Shown here: positions 26,072 to 39,296 of the stretch, one piece after another
Layout of the letters: the number at the start of each line of letters is the position of its first letter
How positions within the stretch are numbered: the stretch's first letter is position 1
Assembly: GCF_001194135.2 (NCBI RefSeq)
Contig: NC_068983.1
Location: forward strand, 11,184,914-11,248,913
From: Octopus bimaculoides
Taxonomy: Eukaryota
Length of the DNA: 64,000 bases
Direction: 5' to 3'
The notes under the pieces: model-generated
What the model saw: only the letters and a program-made list of their open reading frames with translations
Told to the model about the DNA's origin: nothing
Databases searched by the model: none
Position numbers and translations under genes: made by a program

Positions 26072-26401
26072 GAGGCACAATGGCCCAGTGGTTAGGGTAG
26101 CTGACTCGCAGTCGGAGGATAGCAGTTTCGATTCCCAGACCAGGTGTTGTGAGTGTTTATTGAGCGAAAACACCTAAAACACCACAAGGCTCCGGCAGGG
26201 GGTGGTGGTGACCCCTGTTATACTCTTTCACCCCAACTTTCTCTCACTCTTTCTTCCTGTTTCTTGAGTAAAGTTGCGATGGACTGGCATCCCGTCCAGC
26301 TGGGGGGGGGGGGCATACACCATAGAAACCTTTAAAAGGGCAGATAAATAAATATATATATATATTAATGTCTGCGTTTCACTCCACATGTATTATGTGT
26401 G

Positions 26402-26439
<38 letters not shown>

Positions 26440-26702
26440 TACAGACACACATTGTTTTCATGTCAAGTTATACATAAATATAATTTAATATTAATTTGAA
26501 CGAATGACTCAGTATTTTTTAGTAGAACATACACTTATCTTTGGAAGGAAAAGGTTGACAGTGACCTTCAAGTGTCAGCTTGCTAACTGTTGTCATAATA
26601 AACCATGACTTTGTAATCACTGTCAACTTTTTATTGTACAGTCTGTTGCTCCTCTCTCTCTCTTGCTGTGTGTGTATGTATATATATATATATATGTGTG
26701 TG

Positions 26703-26760
<58 letters not shown>

Positions 26761-28635
26761 TGTCTTTTGGAACAAACAGAAGGAATAGAACTCAGTGTGT
26801 GTGTATGTGTGTCCACACATCTCTTTCTTCTCTCACTTTCCATGTAGTGAAGGCATGTGTTTACTTCTTCAAATCACCTTCTCCTCTGCCTCGATCAGTT
26901 TCTTTCTCTGGTCTATATCCTGTTCAGTTGAGGCGGCGGGGGTCTTCTTGTGCATGTACTTGGCAACCTCATTGGTGCTGTTGCTATGTAAAAAAAGCAC
27001 TCAGTACACTCTGATAAGTGGTTGATGTTAGGAAGAATATCCAACTGCAGAAACCATGGCAGAGTAGCAGAAACGTTAGCACGCTGGGCGAAATGCTTAG
27101 CGGTATTTCCTCAGCCGTTACATTCTGAGTTCAAATTTGGCCGAGGTCGACTTAGCCTTTCATCCTTTCGGGTTCAATAAATAAAGTACCAGTTATGCAC
27201 TGGGTTCAATGTAATCAACTTAATCCCTTTGTCTGTCCTTGTTTGTCCCCTCTGTGTGTAGCCTCTTGTGGGTAATAAAGAAATAAGAAACCATGGCAGA
27301 GTAGGCACGGAACCTGATGGTACCTTCTGGCTTGTCTATTCTTGTCAAACTGTTTAACCCATGCCAGGATGGAAAAAGAGACATTTAATAATAATGACTA
27401 TGACCCTCCACCTCTTCATCATCCTCATCATCATCCTCATCCTCATCACCATCATCCTCCTCATCACCATCATCCTCCTCATCATACTTTAACATCTGTT
27501 TTCCATGCTGACATGGGTTGGACAGTTTGACTGGAGCTGGCAAGGCAGAGAGCTGCACAGTTTCCAGTCTGGTTTGGCTTGGTTTCTATGGCTGAATGCC
27601 TTTCCTAATGCCAACCACTTTACAGTGTTTGCTGGGTGCTTAAGCAATCCAAAGATTGTGAGTTTTGTGCTTTGCACTTATTAAGGTTTCATGATATGTA
27701 GTGTGTCTGCGTGTTTATGAAGTTTGCTTCACAATCACCCATAATTTTGGATATGATCCCACAGACTGGCATCACGAACAAATGTCTTCTCAGACTGACC
27801 AATACTTTGTGAATAGAATTGGTAGATTAAAAACTGTATAGAAGCCCTTCTCATATAGACATTTCTTTGTTTTTTTTTCTTAATCTTTGAGTCAGGATGG
27901 AAGGCTATGACCTATTACAAGGTCTCTGAAGCTCTTAGATGAAAATGAGGAAAGTATCCTCAAACTGGAAGCCTGACCTATATTCTTGCAACATATGGTG
28001 GTTTTAAAACTGCGTGATAAATTAAGTCGGCCAATATGTGAATATTGATTTTTACATGTCTTCATTCATACCAGATGAGCAAAAGCAATGATAATACAGT
28101 TCTATATTTAAGAGATAAGGAATTATGTACATTATTTACATTTGACGGATATTTGTACTCATCTTGTTTGTTGTTAACACAGCGTTTCGGCTGATATACT
28201 CTCCAGCCTTCATCAGGTGTCTTGGGGAAATTTCGAACTTGGGTTCTCATTCCTAAGTGGAGTAATAATCTCCCAGTCTGCTGAATAACAAGTAGCCAGC
28301 TGTTGCTGGTAAATGTAATTGGCATCCGTGCCAGTGGCACGTAAGAAGCACCCATAACACTCTTGGAGTGATTGGCATTAGGAAGACCATCCAGCTGTAG
28401 AATCAGCCTGGAACCTGATGCAGCCCTCCGGCTTACCAGTTCCAGTCAAACCGTCTAACCTATACCAGCATGGAAATGCAGACATTAAATGATGATGATG
28501 ATGATATAAATATAAAATGTTAATTGATATGGTTTTCCCATAAATATGGCTTACGTATACATACAAATTTTTAGATATGAATATTAGAATTTACATAGCA
28601 TTTTTATTCATATATACATTCACACAAATATCAAT

Positions 28636-28670
<35 letters not shown>

Positions 28671-31311
28671 GCAAAATAGAAATACTTGAGCAACAGGAAA
28701 AAAAAGTAGATCCAAATATTCATAGAATATTTGGGTGGAATGTTTTCTATTCTAGTTATTATTTTGCCTTTTCCCTGCCTAATATTATTCTTAGATACTT
28801 TACCTGATACATTCATAATGAAGTCTTTCTCTTTTTTTTTTTTTATTTGTTAACCTTTGATAGTTAACCTGTATTACTGTGAAATATATTCAGAAGTAAT
28901 TTTCATTGTTTTAGATTAGATTTTATCTTTTCTAATCTGTTCTGTTATTCTCAGTAATGTTTTCGCATAGGAGAAAAGAACTGGGGAATGAATTTAGCGA
29001 GCTTATAAAGTGGCAGTAGAATGGAACAAGTGTTGTTGTTGTTGTTGGCACTCCCGTCGCTTACGACGTTGAGGGTTTCAGTTGATCCGATCAACGGAAC
29101 AGCCTGCTCGTGAAATTAACGTGCAAGTGGCTGAGCACTCCACAGACACGTGTACCCTTAACGTAGTTCTCGGGGATATTCAGCGTGACACAGTGTGACA
29201 AGGCTGACCCTTTGAATTACAGGCACAACAGAAACAGAAAGTGAGAGTGAGAGAAAGTTGTGGTGAAAGAGTACAGCAGGGTTCACCACCATCCACTGCC
29301 GGAGCCACCTGGAGCTTTAGGTGTTTTCGCTCAATAAACACTCACAACGCCCGGTCTGGGAATCGAAACCGCGATCCTANNNNNNNNNNNNNNNNNNNNN
29401 NNNNNNNNNNNNNNNNNNNNNNNNNNNNNNNNNNNNNNNNNNNNNNNNNNNNNNNNNNNNNNNNNNNNNNNNNNNNNNNNNNNNNNNNNNNNNNNNNNNN
29501 NNNNNNNNNNNNNNNNNNNNNNNNNNNNNNNNNNNNNNNNNNNNNNNNNNNNNNNNNNNNNNNNNNNNNNNNNNNNNNNNNNNNNNNNNNNNNNNNNNNN
29601 NNNNNNNNNNNNNNNNNNNNNNNNNNNNNNNNNNNNNNNNNNNNNNNNNNNNNNNNNNNNNNNNNNNNNNNNNNNNNNNNNNNNNNNNNNNNNNNNNNNN
29701 NNNNNNNNNNNNNNNNNNNNNNNNNNNNNNNNNNNNNNNNNNNNNNNNNNNNNNNNNNNNNNNNNNNNNNNNNNNNNNNNNNNNNNNNNNNNNNNNNNNN
29801 NNNNNNNNNNNNNNNNNNNNNNNNNNNNNNNNNNNNNNNNNNNNNNNNNNNNNNNNNNNNNNNNNNNNNNNNNNNNNNNNNNNNNNNNNNNNNNNNNNNN
29901 NNNNNNNNNNNNNNNNNNNNNNNNNNNNNNNNNNNNNNNNNNNNNNNNNNNNNNNNNNNNNNNNNNNNNNNNNNNNNNNNNNNNNNNNNNNNNNNNNNNN
30001 NNNNNNNNNNNNNNNNNNNNNNNNNNNNNNNNNNNNNNNNNNNNNNNNNNNNNNNNNNNNNNNNNNNNNNNNNNNNNNNNNNNNNNNNNNNNNNNNNNNN
30101 NNNNNNNNNNNNNNNNNNNNNNNNNNNNNNNNNNNNNNNNNNNNNNNNNNNNNNNNNNNNNNNNNNNNNNNNNNNNNNNNNNNNNNNNNNNNNNNNNNNN
30201 NNNNNNNNNNNNNNNNNNNNNNNNNNNNNNNNNNNNNNNNNNNNNNNNNNNNNNNNNNNNNNNNNNNNNNNNNNNNNACTGATACCTTGTTTGAAGATCT
30301 GCTGGTCAATGTCTGCAGGAAAAACATGGACAAGGAATTAAATACCTGAAATAATATGAAACCTACTTAATCCATTTTCCTGTCCAAAGTATTTTCATAA
30401 GTTTGTCCTAAGTGTTCATGCTTGCGTTCAGAGTTTTAGTTAACCCTTGCTTCATATGTTCTGAGTAATATAAAGTGTTCATTTCATAAGTTCCAAGCTA
30501 CTCCTGTGGTTGAAAAGATTAGAGATGTGTATCATATATGATGCTGTGTCTAAACAGCAATATAACTGTGTTCTATATTAATTCCTGCTTGATTGTAATT
30601 TATTATTGTCCAGCTCATGCCAGCATGGAAAATGGATGTTAAATGTTGATGATAATATTTTTTTTCTTTTTTTGCCATTAACAGATTCATGATTATGTGT
30701 TATCTCCAACAAATGCTCGTTCAAGAATTAAAAGAAACACAAGTGAGTTGCCACTGACTTCAGCTAGCACACCACGGCTGAGTACAGATATCACTATCGA
30801 AGAACTTGCTGTGTCCCTTTCCAACATCCAATATAAATATCTTGTCTACTGGACTAGAGAACTTGACAAGCAGGACAGACTTTACCGTTGTCTCAAATGG
30901 AGGCCAGATGTTAGTTGTGCCGAGAAGTAAGTATAAAGATTATATTTTTTTGTTAGATTTTCAATATTCGTTATGATTTAAAATAAAAAAATTTTTTTAA
31001 TACAAGTTAGTGGAGGGAACTGTGACTGACATATTCAACCCAGCACGAACATCTGTAAGAAAAGTATGAAGAGAATAGTCAAGTTGGTACTCTTTTACTC
31101 TTTTACTTATTTCAGTCATTTGACTGTGGCCATGCAGGAGCACCGCCTTTAGTCGAGCAAATCGACCCCAGGACTTATTCTTTGTAAGCCTAGTACTTAT
31201 TCTATCGGTCTCTTTTGCCGAACCGCTAATTTAATGGGACGTAAACACACCAGCATCAGTTGTCAAGCGATGTTGGTGGGGACAAACACACAAACATATA
31301 CACACACATGC

Positions 31312-31368
<57 letters not shown>

Positions 31369-34300
31369 CACACACGACGGGCTTCTTTCAGTTTCCGTCT
31401 ACCAAATCCACTCACAAGGTTTTGGTCGGCCTGAGGCTATAGTGGAAGACACTTGCCCAAGGTGCCACGCAGTGGGACTGAACCAGGAACCATGTGGTTG
31501 GTAAGCAAGCTTGCAATAGATTCAACTCTACTAAAAGCACCCAAGGACCAAATTGTTAGTTCTAAGGTCAGATTTAAGAGGCAAATGGAGATAAGCTCTC
31601 TGTGTTTTTAGGTCTGCTTTGAGTGGGCTTGAGGAATATTTGAGCCAGTTTATTGCGGATAATGTTCAGTTTAAATTGTCAGTCTGTTTACTTCCCCATT
31701 ACTTAGTGGTTTGGCAAAAAAGACTGATAGAATGAAAACCAAACTTTAAAAAAAAAATAAGAAGTACTGGGGTACTATTTGATTAAACTCTCAAAGGTGG
31801 TCCCCCAATATAGCTGCAGTCTGATGGCTGAAACATGCAGAAGATAAAAAATAGTGATTGGGCCAGAAAATTCAGAGAAGCAGAGGAAGTGGAAGATGAA
31901 AAGAATATATGACAGTGTCAATGAATCCCTTTTTTTTGTTTTTGTAAAATTTGTTAGGATTTGTTTGTTTTTATTTTATTAAAAAAAAACGTAATTTTTT
32001 TTTGCTTTTTTTCAGTCCAAGGCGCTGGTGGGACTATGCTATCACTGCTTATTTGTTCTTCATAAATGGTCGACAACGTGACTTCTCGGTGAAAAGGTCT
32101 GTACAGAGAGCACGGGATTTGGTGGACTATTACAAAGCATATTGTGCATACTTGACACAGACTAACACAGCCACAATGATAGTAAGTAGGGCTTCCTTGA
32201 CACATTTGCACAATGATAAATCAAACATATAATTCATAATTCAATTTTCAAGAGAAGCCCATAATATTTTAAATGTATTTTATTTGTTTTTTTTTAATCA
32301 TGAATAAAGAAAATCTTATTTGTTTTTATGGAAGTGAGATCAATCATCATCATCATCATCATCATCGTTTAACATCTGTTTTCCATGCTAGCATGGGTTG
32401 AACAGTTCGACTGGGGTCTGGGAAGCCAGGAGGCTGCACCAGGCTCCAGTCTGATTGGCCAGTGTTTCTACAGCTGGATGCCGTTCCTAACACCAACCAC
32501 TCCATGAGTGTAGTGGGTGCTTTTTACGTGCCACTAGCACAGGGGCCAGAGGAGGCTGGTAGCAGTCACGATCGGTTGGTGCTTTTTACGTGCCACCGGC
32601 AAGGGTATCACACCTACAATTTCCATAATTATCAGTATTATGAACTTTACTGTTTTCCCCTTAAATTTGACATATTCATCCATCAAAACTTGCTTCAGCT
32701 GTTGCTGCACTTATTTTCCCCGTAAGGCTCAGTTAACACAATTCCTTGGTCTGTGAAGTGGAACTTCTGGAGGTTAATCTAACTACCCAATGATCAGGGA
32801 ACTACCGCGAATATTTTTATTTTGCCTCTTATCGATTGGTATGCCAGTGTTAGCAAATGATGGACAGAATCAGTCTGTAGAACGTGGTCTTCAGATTAGT
32901 GTGTCAGTTCTACCACAAGAAAAAGCTGCTCATAATAGGCATTTCTAATGGTGATAATGCTTGGTGGCTAACATCAACATGATACAGTGACTTGAGTATT
33001 TGAGGCATCCACCCAAACAGCCAGCCACTTGTGAACTGCTCTGATAACACTTTACACACTATATATGTAATTCTAAATAGTGATATGCATTCTTGTTATT
33101 TTTCTAATCAGTGGGATGTTGTATTTATGTGTGTGCGTGCATGCTTGCTTGCTACTTCCAAAGTCAGAACAATTTTGGATGGGTACCATGTATCTGTATA
33201 TTATCTTTATTCTGAACTGTTCTTTCTAAAAACCTAGGAATTGAAATTATTTCCAAGTTATTCAGTTTGCCTGTTTTTTTCGTTACAAATTGATTTTAGT
33301 TTTATAGATTTATTGACGTTTCTAACATTCAATATATAAAAGCTAATTTGGTGGATGATATTGACTTTACAAAGAATGTAAGGGCCTCTATTCTCTCATA
33401 CAGATGAATAAAGAATTAAATTTACATTTGAAGATTATATGCCAGTACAATATCTAACAATATAATAAGCATTATAATGATTCATTTTCGCAATATTCAT
33501 TCTTCTTACTCACAATCGTTTCAGCAACACCAAAAGAAAATGGAAGATGAGTTAAATATTGAAGAAATTAAAACCATTCGGTTACTAGCATTTGACAAAG
33601 TTAACAAAGACATGAAGGAGGAAATTACCAAGGTAATGGAAAATATCAAGAATGTTTCTCTAACTGCAGTAATCAGCTAAAACTCTGTTCAGTTTTCAGT
33701 ACTTGCTTTTGTTCAAAATGCCTTCCTTAATAATTAGGTTAATGAATTATCCATGTCATAATAATTCTTATTATTTTTAAATTTTGTTACAAGGGATATC
33801 AGTGAATCTCTTTTATTCAGTATACCATAATGCCCTTGTAACTAAGAATACCATTTCATGTCTCAGCTGCTCATTTTTCACTACATGAAACCACCCAGAT
33901 AACGAGAAATGGCACTGGACTTATCTGTATTCAGCTCTTCTCTGACCGATAATTGTATCTGCTTTTCTCTCCAGATGCCTACAGGAGAACGGTTGCATCA
34001 GATCTGTTCACACCCTATATTCTACCTTCACCCTTTTGGTCTCACCAGCCATCACACTCTATTTACCAGACCACTTGTTATTGTCATCTATCACTTTCTC
34101 CTATCCTCACCCATCCCTGTTATTTTCCATCACAATCTCAACTACATTCAGCAGCAAATATGGAGCTATAATCACTGTTTCTCTTCGATCACCTCTTCCT
34201 ACTCTGTATCTCTCTTTATACTCCTGCTACCTTCATCTACCCTGGTTCATCATCTGTCATTGTTTTCTTGCCTCTTTATCTTCTGGATTGTCTTACCTTG

Positions 34301-36385
34301 AACAGACATGCTGTAAGGTCTTGAAGAATCTTTATCCTTGTAGGGCACAAGGTAACATTACTGGTGCTAATGCCACACTGAAATACAGCCAGTGTACACT
34401 TTGTAATATGGATGGTGGTCAAACAAAGATAATGTAGGATCAAGAGGACTTTTTAGTCAGGTTGAGGACAGGACAATCTCTCTAGTGTTAGTGCTATAAT
34501 AAAATGTATCCAGTACACTCTGTACAGTGGTTAGTATTAGGAAAAACATTCAACTGTACAGACTTTGCTAAAAATGGAATGCACAAGTGAGATGTCGTCT
34601 TCCGATCCATCTAGAAGAGCAGTAACTCCAAATAAGAATTGACTCAGAATGTGATGTGCTGTCCAACTCGTGCCTGTATAGAAAGCAGACATAAAATGGA
34701 TAATGACAATAACATAGAGTTAAGACTCGTTATTGCATATAACTTAATCTGTTATCATATATGAATGTTTTTACATTTGATATTTTTTTTTATATTTATT
34801 TTCGCCTCTCTTTTAGCCAAGTACTCCTGTAACACAAACACCTGAAGAATATAAAACAGGTTACCTCCAAAGTTGGCTGTCATGGGCTGTTGGTTATTCA
34901 GAACCCTTGTCTCCTGATTGTTTAAGCAGTGAAATTGAAACTTCTGCTGAAGAATCCTTCGAGGATAGAGAAAATTTAGGTAATATTTTCTTTGAATCCT
35001 ATTTATTTCTGACTGTATATTTCAAAAATCCATTTGTTTTTTTGATTAACAATTCGTTAATGGTCCTGTTTAGCCAGCCTCTTGTTTACTGTGTAATTAA
35101 GAAGTTTGCTTCCCAACTACATGCTTTCAGGTTCAGTCCCACTACATGCCACCTTGGGCCATATTGTCTCCTGCAATAGTCCTGGTTGGTCAAAGCTTTT
35201 TAGCGGAGACCAAAAGAGACCCATTTCATGTGAGCGAGTGTGTTTCTTTGTCTTGGCCATGGGGGAAATATTACCTTGCTTAGAAACAGGTAGGTGATGG
35301 TGACAGGTGGGGAATTCAGCTGTAGAAAATCTGCATCCATAAACTTCATCTGACCCATGAAAGCATAGATCATAGAAAAGTGGAAATTATAACAATGTTG
35401 ATTCCTTCAGATAAATCATCATTCCTTAACAGATCCACTTATGTAAATTGACTGGCAGCAAATATTAATTTCCCACTGCTCTGCTTATGGTATGTGAAGA
35501 TTATTTTGATCATGAGCTGAATGCCCTAACCACTAAGCCATGCGCCTTCACTTACCAATGTTACTTTATTGTTAAAATCACTTTTGCTCTTGCCCACCAT
35601 CATTGGGCATTGGAAATACCAGGAAATTCTGAATCATTCAAATTCATGTAATTATCAGATGTGACCATTTGGTTGAAAAGTTTGCTTCTCAATCATGTGG
35701 TCCCAGGTTCAGTCTTGCAGTGCAACCCATTGCGCAGGTGTTTTCTACTATAGTCCTAGGTTGACTAAAACCTTGTGAGTGGATTTAGCAGACAGATACT
35801 GAAAAAAGCTGGTTGTGTATATATATATGTGTGTGTGTGTGTGTGTGCATAAGTGTGTAGTTTATGTGTACTCTTGTCTTGACATCATGATGGTTGTAAA
35901 CAAGCATCATCATCATCATCATCATACAAGCGATGCTGTTCATGTTCAGTCTTCTTTGAAAATATGTCTGGCCATGGGAAATATTACCTTGTTTGGAATC
36001 GGGCTATGGTTGGTGACAGGAAGGGCATCTAACCATAGAAAAATCTGCTTCAACATGTTCTGTCTGCAAACCTGGAAAGGTGGATGTTAGATGGTGATGA
36101 TGATTATGTTAATATCAACTGTATTATAGGTGTCAATCGTAACTCTATAACCCAAATATATTTTATTTTCACAGAGCGAGAATTGATGGACATTGTGAAC
36201 AAATCTATGGACAGCGATACATTTTACAAACGAGACAAAGTGTTTGCTACATTAAACTTTTGCTTAAAGAAAGGGTCAATGAAGCTGCTCACAAGTACTG
36301 AAAAAGGTTTGTTTTTGACAAAAAAATTACTTCTGTTCTAGCATTTAGATTGATTCAGTTAAAAATTTTACTAACAAAGTAGAAC

Positions 36386-36452
<67 letters not shown>

Positions 36453-39259
36453 ATTTTCTTATTATTGTCATACTTCTTTGTTACAGACAGCACTATTCGG
36501 GAGATGCTGGTTGCAGAGTGCAATGATATCAACATTAATGTTGAAGCGCGGCCTCAAGTTGGTGCTTACAAATTTTGCCTAAGCTTAGGAATTTTTGAGC
36601 TGCAAGACAGACTTATTAAAGAATCTTGTTTCCCAAGTCTTATTGTTCCAAATCCAAAGGTAAAGTCTTGACTTAAACGTAATTATTCTTGTCTCTATTA
36701 AACATTTTACTCCAATAGTTATTAACTGTACTCATGTGAATTGTTGTGTTTGCTTTACATGTTTAAAATAATAATGTAATTTTTATATTGTAATACTAAT
36801 AATTTATAGAAATGACCAAACAGCCCCTCAGTTTTTGAGTCTGAATCCACAGCAGGCTTTGGTGTATTCAGACAATACTATTAATTTTATGCACTTTAGA
36901 TTACTCGCATAATCAGTACTAAATTTATTAGGAATGTCATCAGTGGTAGACTGGTATCTTATCAAAAGAGAGGTTTAATTTATTTTTCCATTAAATATCA
37001 TCAAATTGGATTCAAGTGCTGTTCCTCTTGAATTCTTCATGGTTTTGGTAATTTTTAACAGATAACTTTAGTTAATAAAGCTGAAAAAGTTTTCTTAACT
37101 ATTCAACCATACTTGGACCCATTAATGAACATACTGTAGTGCTGGTAACAATATGAGCCATAGGACTTTTGACAAGTTGTCCAACTGAAATACGCTGGTG
37201 CCATGTAAAAAGCATCTGTGCTGGTGCCACATAAAAAACCCCAGAATACGCTGAAAAGTGGTTGGTGTTAAGAAGGGCATCCAGCCATAGATACCATGCC
37301 AAAACGGACAATTGGAGCCAGCTGTAGCTCTCTGGCTTGTTATCTCCTCAAACCATTCAACCCATGCCAGCATGGAAAGCAGATGTTAAATGATGATGAT
37401 GATAATGATTAAAGTATGCCGATAAACATGAACAAAATGACTGAGGGTTTTACATATTTGATTTTGAATTTCATTTCAGGAAATTTCATACACATTCCGT
37501 AGAATGCGTTTTGGTAAACCTCTTGCCAAAACTACAACAATCCAAGAAGTACCAGTGTCTGAATCAGGCGTTGATCCTTGTGAGAAAATATTTGAAGTGA
37601 CTTTTGAGAAATCAGAGTCAAACAGTAATAAAAAGTACAAGTGAGTGGATTACATTTCTTTTGTGCCCATGGAAGTTCTTTTAATTAATATCTATGTAAT
37701 CAAATGATTGGTTAAATATATTTGTAGAGTATTTTATGATCAATAGGTAATCAACCTCATTATCCCTCACTTCTGAATGTGACAACGTGTTTCTAGTTAA
37801 TCTTATGGTTGCATTTACAAGAAAAATTGAACTCAATACTGCAAGTTAATAAAACATCTGCCAATTTTACAATACATATTTGAGTGAGGTTGTATAATGT
37901 ATACAGCTACTCAACCTGCTGGAAATGTTAACCAAATCTCCATAAAATCACATCCTACCATCTTAAAAACCAAAAAGAAGAAAAAGGACACAGAGGACAT
38001 TGTAGTTTCTGGTACAAAGTTTTCTTGGCTAAAACACATTTGATTGTAGCTCTGTTTATTCATGGTGTACCGGGAGATAAACAACACCAGTATTTGTGTT
38101 TTCTCTGAAACAAAAAAAAACAAAAACAAGATGGTCACAGATAGAATGCCTTTGCTCATGGGTTTGCTTGGTCAGTGCTGAACTGGGTCTAACCAGCAAC
38201 AATGACCATCATCATACTACTGATGTTCTTAGCAGTGTAACGTTACTACTCTACGGTGCTGGTTTGCAGCTTGGTCTCTAACTTGGACTAACAGTATAGT
38301 GACAGAAACAGAATATAAGGTGGCGAACTGGCAGAAACGTTAGCATGCCGGGCGAAATGCTGAGCAGTATTTCGTCTACCGTTACGTTCTGAGTTCAAAT
38401 TCCGCCGAGGTCGACTTTGCCTTTCATCCTTTCGGGGTCGATAAATTAAGTACCAGTTACGCCCTGGGTTCGATGTAATCGACTTAATCCCTTTGTCTGT
38501 CCTTGTTTGTCCCCTCTATGTTTAGCTCCTTGTGGGCAATAAAGAAATAAGAAACAGAATATTACTTAAAAAAAAAAATGAAGTAAATATAATAATGTTA
38601 TTGTGAAGATTGTTGTTCTCTTCGTGAATGTTTTTTTCTCTGTTTCCAGAATCTATGTGAAAACCAAATCAATAGCCATTGTCTGTAACCCTTATACAGT
38701 AAAAGANNNNNNNNNNNNNNNNNNNNNNNNNNNNNNNNNNNNNNNNNNNNNNNNNNNNNNNNNNNNNNNNNNNNNNNNNNNNNNNNNNNNNNNNNNNNNN
38801 NNNNNNNNNNNNNNNNNNNNNNNNNNNNNNNNNNNNNNNNNNNNNNNNNNNNNNNNNNNNNNNNNNNNNNNNNNNNNNNNNNNNNNNNNNNNNNNNNNNN
38901 NNNNNNNNNNNNNNNNNNNNNNNNNNNNNNNNNNNNNNNNNNNNNNNNNNNNNNNNNNNNNNNNNNNNNNNNNNNNNNNNNNNNNNNNNNNNNNNNNNNN
39001 NNNNNNNNNNNNNNNNNNNNNNNNNNNNNNNNNNNNNNNNNNNNNNNNNNNNNNNNNNNNNNNNNNNNNNNNNNNNNNNNNNNNNNNNNNNNNNNNNNNN
39101 NNNNNNNNNNNNNNNNNNNNNNNNNNNNNNNNNNNNNNNNNNNNNNNNNNNNNNNNNNNNNNNNNNNNNNNNNNNNNNNNNNNNNNNNNNNNNNNNNNNN
39201 NNNNNNNNNNNNNNNNNNNNNNNNNNNNNNNNNNNNNNNNNNNNNNNNNNNNNNNNNNN

Positions 39260-39296
<37 letters not shown>

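Noticed and set aside
28075-28098. Possible small exon ccag|ATGAGCAAAAGC...ACA|gttcta
   Set aside because: Weak donor that lies inside the end of a family F repeat; 25503-25544 fits better.
29241-30349. Long ORFs in the track at 29241-30349, 38598-39511 and 4880-5353
   Set aside because: They consist mostly of X from N gaps.
33909-34437. Three overlapping 72-133 aa ORFs
   Set aside because: Pyrimidine-rich, stop-poor sequence, probably a decayed repeat; VPS13D phases close without it.
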